Below are positions 52,271 through 64,000 of a stretch of 64,000 nt of DNA, in pieces (within the stretch, counting starts at the first letter, position 1; each line of letters begins with the position of its first letter). The stretch comes from Spirogloea muscicola (taxonomy: Eukaryota). The stretch lies in the NCBI GenBank assembly GCA_009602725.1, contig WELB01000006.1, positions 722,344-786,343 on the forward strand. The letters are read 5' to 3'. The position numbers were made by a program, and so were the translations under genes. The notes beneath the pieces were generated by a model. The model saw only the letters and a program-made list of their open reading frames with translations, was not told the origin of the DNA and did no database searches.

Positions 52271-52970
52271 GGAAGTCGCTCAAACGCACAAGCAAGCAAG
52301 TACACCATAGTCGGAGGAAAGCTTGCCACCGGTCCATGCCGCGCAGCCGCTGAGGCGGGGGGCACCCCGGGGGGGGTGGACAAATGAGGTTCCGCCTGGT
52401 GCAGGTGCCACCTGGCTGGCGCGGGTGCCACCTGGCTGGCGTGGCACCACACTCGCCCCGGACGGGCCCCGCCTTCGCGGAAGCCGCGCCAGGGCGCCCA
52501 TCGCCCCCTACCCCACCGCCCCAGGACACGCGGCGGCCGACACCCCCCCCCCCCTTTCCTCTCCCCCGCCAGTCACTTGTCGCCCCAGGCCCTCCATCGC
52601 CGCGAGCGCCCCCTTCGCCCCCGCGCCGCCGCCGCGCCTCGGGCAGCGCTCCGCGTCGCGCNCCCCTCCTCCTCTTCCAAGCTCGGGGCTCCCATCTCAG
52701 GCCGCCCCGCCGTGCCACCTTCGCGGCCGCTGAGGCCGGCCTCTCCGCCGCGGCTGGGACTGGTCGTTCCTCTCGCTGCCTGCGGCTGCTCCTTGGCGTC
52801 CCCTGCTCCTGTCCGGCGCCGGGGCCGGCGCGCCGGCGCTTGGGCAGGCGCTCTGGCCCGGGAGAGGGCGCTCCGGCCCTGTGATTAGGGTTGCTACCGC
52901 GCGCAGAGGGCCCGGCAGGCGACGACTCACGCCGGCTAGTTAAGAAGGAGCAGGCCTGTGGCAGCCAGCC

Positions 52971-55900
52971 ATGGCTCACTCCTTTGACGGGGACAGCGTG
53001 TTCGATATTAGCGCCAAGAAGCCTGCAGCTGAATCCTTGATGCGCTGGAGGGTAAGTCCAGCACCCCACGCTCTCTGGTGCACGTTGACATTAGTACACA
53101 GTGCTTCCTGCGGTGCCAAGGAGCCTGAGGCCGTGAGAGTGCAGATGTGACTAGTTTCTCTACCTCTTAGACACTTGTTGAAAGGCGAGGTCGTCCTCGG
53201 CCTCACCGCGGCGCTAGGGTGTGACGTGGTGAAACGCCGTTTTACTTGTGCAACGGCATAGTGCTGAAAAGCTACGCGTTTGTCTCGTGAAGTACATTAG
53301 CTTTGTTACTTGCTCTTTAGAAACGTTCAGACTTACTGGCTACTTCTTTGTGGACGTGGTCCTTTGGTCATCTGGCAGCAAGCCACTCTTGCCTTGAATG
53401 CCACGCGGCGCTTTCGATATACTGCGAAGCTGCAAAAAGATGACGAAGGCAAGCCAGTGCGCGACTCCAGTCAGAAGCGCTTCAAACGATCTGCAAATGC
53501 TGCCCTGGTGAGGTTTATTGTGAATTGGATGCCACTCAGACAATGAGGTTGCTGCCTCTTTGTCAAATCCTGTTCCAGATAGCACTTCAATGTGCCCTAA
53601 GGCCTTTGAGCACTTGGTCGGCAGGGGGGCTTTCGTTTTGTGGCACCTGTGCAAGGCCAGGCTTGATCCTAGAGTGGACACAGTTGATGAGATTCCATTC
53701 CAACTCATTGGCAAGTCCAGAAGCTCACCCAATCCAGCTGCTTGCAATAGGCCATACAACGCTTCAGACAAGCAGGAGTCGCGGCTGGATCACGGCGAGG
53801 CTTGGCTGAGCCACAACCTCAACGCCCAAAAACAGGTCAATGCTCTACGCAAGTGCCTGTCCTCTTGCTCGGGCAATTTTTTCACCTGAGAGCAAGCTGC
53901 AAATGCTATCGTGAGGGACGTGTTGTACCTGTTGGGAGGAAAGTGTTGGTCCTGAGCTGTGTATGTCTTTTGGTGTCTCTGTGCAGCAAGTGGAACGCCA
54001 GGCCTCTTTGACGTCACTCGGGAGCAACTAAGCAACATGCTCGAGGACGATGAAAGCTCTCATCAAAAGTTAGACGCTTTGGGGGGAGTAAGTCTTAATT
54101 GCCTCTCAGCAATGTTTAGTTCTAGCTTGAAGCTCCTCTGAAGCAGATTAAACCGTAGCTAAGTCTAGTGTGCTCTTCGTTGCAGGTGTCCAGTATTGTC
54201 AAGGCTGTGCAAGCGGACACAGTGAGAGGTATTGGTGGGGACGCTGAGGAACTTGCCAAGAGAAAACTACAGTTTGGCGATAATACTTATCCGACGAAGC
54301 CACCCAAGTCATTCCTGGTCTGTCTCATAGTCCTGAGCGTAGTCGGCTGCCTTTCCTGCTGTTGGCCTCGGTGTCCATGTGCTCAAAAACACTTCGCATT
54401 GCTAGAAATTCATAGGGGTGCATGAAGAAGCAAGGTTGTTGCGGCATGTACATGATTTGCGTCCAGTGCTGCTAGTATCTCCTTGGCAGACACTGGCAAC
54501 CTTCTATAAGATGGACATCAGATGTATTCAGATTGGAAATGACTTGTGAAGAAACTCAGCAATTCCTCCTTGGTCATGAGCAGGCATTTGTCTGGGATGC
54601 AGCAAAGGATAAGACGTTGATCATCTTGGCAATCTGTGCAGTCGTTTCTCTTGCAGCCGGTCTTGCCACAGATGTAAGTACATACAAGACTTTTGCTTGC
54701 TTATTGGTCTTGTGTTATCCAAAATGAGACATTGCCGCTCATCACCAAGACATGATGAGTGGCAATGACTCATTTTGGATCCGACGAAAAGTTAAGCATG
54801 AGCATTCTCAACACTTTAGCATGCACACCACAGAAGTGTGAGGTTGATGAGCCCACCCAGAAGGCCATGTTTACCTCTCCTTCAGCCACAGAGCACCATG
54901 CAGTGTCTTGCATGGGGCAGTGCCCCTCAACTACTGTACAGCTCTAAGAGAAGCTATCAAACCTGTCCTGAAGGATAACGTTATCCACTTAATACTGATC
55001 TAATGAATCAGGGTTTTGGTTGGCATGCCAGGCACTGCGCGCGCTGTTTGGCTGTAATGCACTAAAGGAATTGAGGTTCAATCTTGGTTTTGCTGATGAT
55101 GTCAGTGCCTGTGTCCTTTTCAGCCAAAGGAAGGGTGGTATGACGGCATCAGCATTGTTTTTGCTGTTGTGCTAGTCATTCTAGTCACAGGTATGTCAGT
55201 TGGCCTCTCCTTGAGCAAGACGCTGTGTTGTTTCTAAGCTCAGCGTCTTTGGGCTTCTATTTATTGACCATGATCATCCCACACAACGTGCTCAAGCGAA
55301 GGCCGTGCGTTCACTTGCATACAGTTTCTGGAAGCATCCAGGGGTTCTGTCATCAGGTTAGCCTGATGAGTCCTTCTGTTGATTGCTGGTTACAGCAACA
55401 AGTGACTATCGACAGTCACTTCAATTCCGAGATTTAGATGCTGAAAAAAAGAACATTCAAGTACAGGTGAGCTTGGCAGGATTGAATTTGCAATCTTCTA
55501 TGTGGACACAGACTTAGAAGGATAACTTGATGCACTTTGATCTCGTTTGCTTCTGTCCGTCAGTGGCAATGATTTGTGGAGCTCGCCTAGGAATACGTAT
55601 TATCAGTAAGACTAAAGAGAAGCGGGTCGTTGGATCTTAGCAGGATCCAACGTACATTGCTCTTGCTCTGTACATGACACCCCCTTCATCTGATGTCATT
55701 GCAGGTCGTTCGAGATGGGAGGAGGATCAAGGTCTCCATATATGACCTTGTGGTGGGTGACGTGGTCCCTTTGGCCATAGGAGATCAGGTATGTCTAAGA
55801 AAACAGTCTAGATTCGAGTGTCCTTACTACAGCTTCTCATGTCAGTAGGAGCATGACCTGCTTGATGTAAGCGTGATGGTTGTACCTGGATAACCTAATC

Positions 55901-58900
55901 TGTAGTTGCATGCCTCCCCCTGACTCCTGCAGGTCCCAGGGGATGGCCTGCTTCTTACTGGTCATTCCTTGACAATTGACGAGTCCAGCATGACTGGAGA
56001 GAGCGACCATGTAAATGCCAGGCTCACTAGTACATGATGATGGGGTCTGTTGCTGTTGATTAGAGCTATTAGTGGAGAACGCAACAACTCCAGCATTGCA
56101 TGGATAAAGTAATGTAGTGGCAAATCCTAGTCCAGACATGCGGGCTTGGTCTGAAGGACTAGCTCTGTGAAATTTATCTGCAGAAGCACAAGGACCACAA
56201 CAAACCCTTTCTGCGGTCAGGATGCAAAGTCGTAGATGGTTATGGGTCAATGCTGGTGAGTGGGTTGACTTGGTCTGCTGGCCTTTATCTACTGTATCCG
56301 TGATTGTAAAGGATGAGACTTGTGCAAGCTAGTCTACCTGTATACTCTAGGTACTCTGAAGAGACGAGAAAAGTGGTGTTTGTCTGAGCAGCCTTACATG
56401 GCGTTTTTGACACTCTGCATTTTCTTGACAGATTACGGGCGTTGGTATGAGTACAGAGTGGGGACGTTTGATGGCCACCATCAGTGATGACAATGCCGAG
56501 GAAACACCCTTGCAGGTGACCCACACTCCACAGATGGCATAGCATGCAAGGGCATAGCTTTCCTCGCTTTCCTCATGGCACACCACTCGTAAAGGCATGG
56601 GTTCTGGGCCCACCTAAGAGCTCTTACCCTCTTCTTGGATTCTGGTGTACCAGGTGCGGCTGAACGGGGTTGCAACACAAATAGGCAAATACGGACTAAT
56701 TGTGGCAGTCTTGGTTTTTGTTATACTCTTCATTCGTTACTTTGCTGATTTCCATGGAGCAAAGGCAAAACAAAGTGCTTCATCTACAATTAAGGATGTT
56801 GTTGATATCTTCACAGTTGCAGTAAGCATACATCATACTGGCTTAGTCAAATTTCGTTGGCTCTTACGTTTCCGCCAGTCCTACTGGTGCTGGCATGAAG
56901 GGCTGGCTTGACTTATACGTTTCTGTACCTCTGATACTCAAGGCCGTGACACTGGAACTTGCTAACAAGAACACTTTGTGCTTGTGCCAGGTCACTATCG
57001 TGGTAGTTGCTGTCCCAGAAGGCTTGCCTCTTGCAGTAACGTTGACGTAAGTGTGACCAGCTACCGCAGGAGTGTCTGAGCAGGATATTCTCATCTAGTG
57101 ATTAACATGCTGAAAGTCTGCCTTCTTTCATGTTCTCATCTTCTTGAGATGTCAGGCTCCCTGGCTCTAGCTTACATGTCCATAATGAGGAGAATGCTTC
57201 GCACTGTCAAGCAATCATAGATTCTTCATTCTCGCAGGTTGGCATATTCTATGCGCAAGATGATGGCAGACAAGGCGCTGGTAAGGAAGGACCTTCATTT
57301 CTGAAGAGAGGCATGTGCATATAAAGGAGACATGCAAAATTACCTGAGTTGTTCTTTTACGCATTTCCTTTAACTGGTCATTCATTGACGAATACAGGTG
57401 AGAAAATTGGCTGCCTGTGAGACAATGGGCTCTGCAACAGCAATATGTAGTGACAAGACTGGCACACTGACTCTCAACGAGGTTAGTCTGAGCTCTGCAG
57501 CGGTGGTTCTTATCCTCATCATGCTTAGGAGTTAAGGCAATGTACAGCATGTATAGCATACAAGTACGGATCCTCTGAAGAGGGGACAACTAGGAGGATA
57601 TTCCTTGCTTCAAGCCGTCATGCAGCTGCTGATCAGGGATTCATGTGGATTCGCATATGTCCCCTTTAATTGTATTGCATCGGTTGTGCAGATGACTGTC
57701 GTCAAATCTTGGACATGCGGCTGCTTCAGGGAGCTGGAAGCTGTGAAGAACATACCACATAGTATTCTGCAAGTCAGTATCTTGCACGCTTATGCTTGAG
57801 CGCTGCCTGTTTTAAGTACGTGAGCAAGGTGCATTCAGTCTGCCAATTTGTCATGTGTGGTTGGCCCAATTGCTTGACAAATCAGCTAGATGTCTGACAA
57901 AGCAAACCATGTCCTGGTTAGATTCTACTGCAAGGAATTGCTCAGAACACCAATGGGAGCGTCTTCAAACCAAAGGTTTGTTTTCACCTGCAAAGTCAAT
58001 ACTGCAAGAAGGAAGGTACTGCAAGTCACATTGTTGTGTTTGCTCCGATGGTCATATTGAAGTGGCAAAGTGAGCCCAGTGAGTTCACTTAAGTATCTCT
58101 TCCTCGCTGACTTTGCAAGAGTATCGTATCTTCTGAATGTGCATCGCTTGTGTGTTTGCAAGAAGAGCAGGATGGTGGGGAGCCTGAAATCACAGCAAGT
58201 CCTACAGAGACAGCAGTTTTGAAGTGGGGAGTCCAGGTATCTCTCATGTGTGTGGTTGCTTGACTTACTTTGTGTTGTATGACATCCAAGCTTGCTGGCT
58301 GGCTTGATTACACTACATGTCATATCTCCTGAAGCACAAAGTTGCAAGCATGGAAGTCTTTTACATTTCATGCCTCCGTATTTCGGAACTTGCTTCATTC
58401 AATCATAAATAGAGTCCTGTATCTTGGTAAGAAGGCCAGTGTTGCTGATTTCTATGGGAACCTGCAGGAGCATTACTTCAGCCAGCTAGTACTTAGCAAT
58501 CTCTTAGGAGGCAGCCGGTGTTGCTGCCTTTTTCTTGACCTGCATTTGTGACCTGCATCTGTCTTACAGCTTGGCATGGATTTTGATGCTGAGCGAGCTC
58601 AAACAACGCTTCTAGCGGTTGAGTCGTTCAATTCAGCAAAGAAGAGGGCTGGCGTTGCAGTTCGTGTGAGTCTCTGCAAGCTCCACCACTGCCTGTTGGC
58701 AAACTTTACTTTTGAAAGTCTTGCGGTGCTGATATATTCCCTGCGGATGTGACATGCTTTGCAGTTGCCAAATGGAGAGGTTTGCTTGCACTGGAAAGGC
58801 GCCGCCGAAATCGTGCTTGACATGTGTTCTTCCTTCGTGGATCAATCTGGAGTAGTGCAACCCCTGACAGGAGACAAGGTGTGTCTCGGAGGAAAGCTGT

Positions 58901-61900
58901 GTAGAGATCAATATGGGTGCATACTTATTCGTGGTCAAGGCCACAAAATTAGTGGTCAACTAGCTTTCCAACCCTGTGACGAATGCTCAATGGCTTTGTT
59001 TCTGTGCACTAGACCTCACGTGTTAGAAAGTGCAAGAAGCGTCTGAAGCAAATTGCTATCCAACACAGGTGTCTGATTGCAGTATCCCAGCTTTTCCCAA
59101 ATGTTGCAGAGAGACCAATTGAAAAATGACATAAGCACAATGGGTTCTGCTTGCCTGCGCTGCCTGGCACTGGCAACTCGGACGCTATCTGGGGAAGAGG
59201 CTCCCAAAGGCCAAGAAGACGATCTGACAAGTTGGATCCTGCCAGACAGTGGCCTTACTCTACTTGCCATTGTTGGCATGAAGGTTGTCTCTAGCTCTTG
59301 TATGCTGCTAGTGCTCTTCTTAATCCCTCATTGTAGATGTCATCCACTAAGCTTTGCACAGTCACATTAGTGTTGGCATCATCAGACAGCAATCACCTCA
59401 CTTGTGAGTAAGGAAGAGGTAATCTGAGGAGAGATGTGGACTGCAGTATCTGAGAATAAGAATGTGGAGACGGATGTGGACGCTGCAAAAGAGCTGTACA
59501 CCTTGCAATCTACACGTCTCACACATTTGTATAAGTGGACTTTCAGGATCCTACAAGGCCTGGGGTGCCAGAGGCTGTTGCTATCTGCCAACGTGCTGGT
59601 GTTAAGGTGAGAATTCCAAACTTCGTGCATCAGAACAAAGTCGAACAATCAGTAAGTCATATTGTTCGATTTTTTGAGCTGCTGGCTGTGCTGGCTGTTT
59701 CCTTCTCTCGAATCATGACCTATCCATCTAATCTAGGAGGTTCCTGTTGGTCATTGGTACAGGTTAGAATGGTAACGGGCGACAATGTAGTCACTGCAAG
59801 AGCGATCGCGCAAGAATGTGGCATTCTGACTCCAAATGGGATTGCGATCGAAGGTCGAGAGTTCCGGGCTCTGAGTCCACAGGAAATGAGGCGCGTCATT
59901 CCTACCATTGACGTAAGTCAACTCATGCTCTCAAATTGAGCAGGTACTTAGAGAAGTTGGTAGCTATTACGCTTAGCAATAACAGGCACACTACTCTTAC
60001 TGACCTACTCCTCTTGGGCAGGTCATGGCACGTTCCTCACCCACCGACAAGCACACCTTGGTAAAGATGCTGCGGCAAATGGGTGAGGTAGTTGGTGTGA
60101 CAGGGGATGGCACCAATGACGCACCTGCCCTGCATGAGGTCCCTCTCTGCTCTCTGCAGGATCTGAAATTTATTCGCTTAACCTCGTGTTGTCCCATATG
60201 AGCTTGCGTTCAGCCTCAGCCCATGAAATTCCAGATGGACTGCGTCATTGAACTGCTTGTGTGGTCAAGTCAGTGAAGCATACCTGGCTTGACAGTTGGG
60301 CCTCTACATCTTGTGGCACAGGCTGATATTGGCCTGGCCATGGGCATCTCGGGCACTGAAGTAGCCAAGGAAGCCTCTGACATTATCATCTTGGATGACA
60401 ACTTTGCGTCAATTGTCAAGGCACGCCTCAAGACCTTCATGCCACAGATTCTGGCAAGCTGCGATACTGTAATTACACATGCACTTCTTGGTACATTTAG
60501 TAGTATGTCATATGAATACATTTATCGAGCCATCACGAGCTAGTGCCTTCTGTCACGCAGGTTGTGAGATGGGGCCGAGCTGTGTACGTCAATATCCAAA
60601 AGTTCTTGCAGTTCCAGCTCACTGTCAACCTTGTTGCACTGGTCATCAATTTTGTAGCTGCCGTCGGGCAAGCCATCAGCCCAGCAAAAAGTGGTGTCAT
60701 CTCTGTGCCACTTAACGCTGTCCAAGTAAGTCTGCAAGGGTCCTTGCCAGTTGTGTGCTTTACATGTCGTTTGCCAGTTGTGTGCTGTACATGTCGTTTG
60801 CATCACAAGTCAGCCAGTAGGAGTCGTATTACTAGTATACCCACGAACAGTGACTTCATAAAGCATGTGGTTGTTGCCCTAGGTGTTAAGATTTAGTATA
60901 GGTGGACAAGCAGAAACAGATAATGACTCTATAAGGCATGTGGTTGTTGCCCTAGGTGTTAAGATTCAAGTAGAAATGGACAAGCAGTGTCACAAGGACC
61001 TACAGATAGGGTTGGGAGTACAGGGGGTTTCTAGTGCAGGTTTGTAAGTGGAACGAAGTTGTAACAGCAGATCACCCTGTCTTTGCAGCTTTTGTGGATC
61101 AATCTCATCATGGACACTCTGGGTGCCCTTGCTTTGGCAACCGAGAAACCAACAGATGAGCTGATGGAGCGTAAGCCTGTTGGCAGAAGGTAGTGTCTCA
61201 GTTCACCTTGATAGAGGTTGCTGTCTTTGCTTTGCACCACTTCTTTCATTGCGATTCGTGACGTTTACAAGTTCTTGGTTTGGTCTGCAGAGAGCCTCTT
61301 ATCACCAATATCATGATCCGCAACCTTCTTGGACAGGTATGCTTGGTCAATGATAGCGGTGGATTGTTCGCTTTGTGCTTTGCTACTTCTGTGACAGAAC
61401 ATTTGTGAGGCCTTAAGGATCCACATGCATGTCATGTTGTACGTAGCTGGGGACTCTGGTCATGTTGACTCGTGGGTGTGCTTGATGAGCAGGCTATATA
61501 TCAGCTGGCTATATGTTTGACACTCAATTATGCTGGCAAAGAAATATGGAATCTGCATAACAACAAGCTTGGAGGAGGCAGTGTGAAGGAGCCTATGTCC
61601 ACAATAGAGAACAATACGATCATCTTCAATGTTTTTGTGTTCATGCAGGTGAGACTGCCATGCAGGCCACCTAGCCAATGACCACAATCTCGCCCGCTTG
61701 CCTGCCAAATTCTGAGTATCATGATGACGGCTGCTTTTGCCCATGATGAGAACACCCATGTGTCAAAGTAACGTGTTTGCCGTTTACTTGTTCTGTAGGT
61801 TTTCAATGAGATAAGCGCCAGAGATATGGTGCGCCTCAATGTTTTCAAGGGCATTCTCACCAATAGGATATTCTGTGCTATCATAGTTGCAACCGTGGGC

Positions 61901-62512
61901 GTGCAAGTAAGTTGACCTGCAGGCCCTGTTGCTTTCCAAAGTGTGCAGGTCTTACACCTGTGCCTTGTTGAGGGATTGTCAGTGTACACTTGCCAGACTT
62001 AGCGCTGTTTAAGGCCGTATTACCCTTACATATCTGGTGCTGAACTCTTCACCAATCTGAGCTTGACTTGTGGCTCCTATTGGCAGATTCTCCTGGTAGA
62101 ACTTGGATTCTTGCACAAGTTTGCAACAACAACCAGCCTAGATTGGCAGGAGTGGTTGTTTTGCGTGATTGCTGGCGTTCTTGCGTGAGCTTGACTTGAC
62201 CTCGCCTGTAGTGAAGCCTTGTGATCGGAAGTTATAAGAGTCCCTATTTATAAGCTGCCTGAAGCTTAAGGGCGCTCATAAGTGTCTGAGAGGTTACTGA
62301 CTGCCTCGTGCCTTCATCTTGAACTGTTTTCGTGCAGACTGCCGTTGGCCATGCTAGTCAAGCTCATACCTGTTCCAAAGAAGGAGCTGTTTGCCACTAT
62401 CAAAACGCCAAGGTTTCTGAGATTCAGGGCGAAGAAGATGAGAGCAGATGACGATGCAGATGCAGCAACGGGTCAGTCCAAAAACGATAAATGCCTACGC
62501 CTTGAAGAGTGA
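52971..62512 (+). CDS. ACA: Autoinhibited P2B-type Ca2+-ATPase (ACA8/9/10-like), ~30+ exons
   Basis: N-terminal CaM-binding region [75 protein letters not shown] (~57450); [72 protein letters not shown]; stop at 62512. Confidence 0.97.
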
Positions 62513-63027
62513 AATCATGTTGGCCAAGGTTGATTGCATTGTACTTACAATGGCTCCTACAATCTTTAGGCAGCGAGCTGCCTAAAGATGCATGCACTTT
62601 CTCACAGACATGTTCATGTGATGCAGTGGAAGATGCAGCCACCAATAACTCATTGCAAGACTCATCTTCCCATCGAGCCGGCAAGCCAAGCCTGAATACC
62701 GGTGCACCACTTGAGAACGGCAATGGCAGTATACCAAGTAGAGTGGCTGTTCCATAGGGCTCCAGTAGGGCTCCACCGTAGTGTACACTCGACATAGGCA
62801 TAGGCGCCAGATTATGCACGGAGGCACCGTAGCTGTATGCTATTATTGAAAACAGGTGTTCATGGGCAAGATTTTTAGGACAATTCAATTGATGTGTTAA
62901 GCGGGGACACAAACCCGCTCAATTGTCACACTTCTCCATACAACTGGCCATAGAAACACCTGGCCCTGTTGTGGCAGAGGTTCTTGTAAAGAGTGCTACA
63001 AGCAAGCCCACAGCAGCATTTTGGTGC

Positions 63028-64000
63028 TCAAAAGGCCCCTGAGGTTGCCATTAAGGACTTGTAGAGAGTCTCTCCATGTACTGAACTAGAGGCACTGACT
63101 CGGAGCACCTTAGCCGCAGCTCTGAGGTGAGATGTTGCGGAGAACGATGGCGAGGCGGAAGGTGGCAGTACCTTCTCGCGCTTCTGTGCCTGCTGCTCGC
63201 TCTGCACTGACGCCCCCAGTGCTCGGGCTAGTTCGTCCAGGCTCACAGGCACGGACTGCGTCCTGGGCACTGCACCATCAGCTGTCCCTTTCCTAATGGC
63301 ATGCTTGGACGACTGTTGGCCGGGTGGCGATGGCGACAACCAGGTCGTGATGCCAGCCCAGGCGACACTCCGCTGCGAACCATCCAGCTTGGCTTGCCAG
63401 TTCAGGTGCCGCAGTGCCAGTCGCCGGCACTCCAACAAGTCCAAAAAGAGCTGCTTGCCAAAGACAGTCTCGGCAGTGGTGGTCAACTGGCCGCCCAGCA
63501 TGGCTGACCACAGTCCCAGAAGCTGCTCTCGCTGCATGCGAAGGCCCAGGTCAAGCAAAACACGCTCCAACTCCGGGAGCGTGATCTGGATCTCGCCTGC
63601 ATCACTCTTGTGCGCCTGGATCTCTGCCGCTAGCTGGTCCAGGACCTTGGTCTGTACGGTTGCCGACAAGAGCACAACGGCTGCTTGCTGGAACTGATCA
63701 CCAGGTGAAATGCGACGGTCAGTCAGCATGTTTTGTTTTGACAGCCTACGTTCAGCAACATGAGAATCTGCAGCAGTTAAACAAGGACTTGCAGCTCTTT
63801 CTGAGCACTCTTTCAAGGTCCTGCCGCTGTTGTGACTTGGCAAATCAGTAACATGAGCGGCAATCAGAACTTGCTCAATCTGAGAGGACCCGTCCAGGCA
63901 GGGCCCAGCATGCTGGATATGCTGCAATCTAATCCATAGGCGTAAGCAATCAGACAAAAAGCCATTGAAATATGAGGGCAGCTGACCTTATTCGCAAGGG
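63028..64000 (-). CDS. Uncharacterised protein, terminal exon(s); gene continues beyond the window
   Basis: 309-aa open frame convergent on ACA. The helical segment ITLPELERVLLDLGLRMQREQLLGLWSAML is faintly EF-hand-like, but no family was recognised. Confidence 0.5.

Noticed and set aside
60744..60990. Tandem duplications in an ACA intron (27-bp and ~73-bp periods); similar short ones at ~40870, ~41265, ~41550
   Set aside because: Ordinary local slippage duplications with no further structure.

Overview
Gene-dense eukaryotic nuclear DNA from a draft assembly with gaps. It is most consistent with a streptophyte, probably a charophyte alga (inferred from plant-type CPSF30-YTH, MED9, THO1, LIG4, ACA and a canonical EF-1alpha). 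Spliced genes in order: UPM1 (+, 5' partial), LSM3 (-), CPSF30-L (-), RPS14 (+, cut by a gap), THO1 (+), MED9 (+), LIG4 (-), a chorein-N/BLTP3-like lipid-transfer protein (+), EF-1alpha (-), a P2B Ca2+-ATPase (+) and the 3' end of an unknown gene (-). The intergenic regions at ~4.3-4.9, 26.9-33.2 and 45.1-52.3 kb are nests of 5'-truncated CRE-like (restriction-like endonuclease) non-LTR retrotransposons from several subfamilies. They share a C-terminal peptide (LQR..A.ALH..AGRAL...SDL.LLTRGY*) and short structured 3' ends. One of these ends, a GGGCTG..CAGCCC hairpin module, occurs roughly 35 times by eye and sits just upstream of most genes. Other notable items: two U12-type-like introns in LIG4 (one after a 7-nt microexon), a hidden LEA-like frame, a candidate double-hairpin RNA, and a CPSF30 junction matching the plant short/long isoform switch. 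Gene identities come from recalled motifs rather than database searches, and repeat boundaries are approximate.
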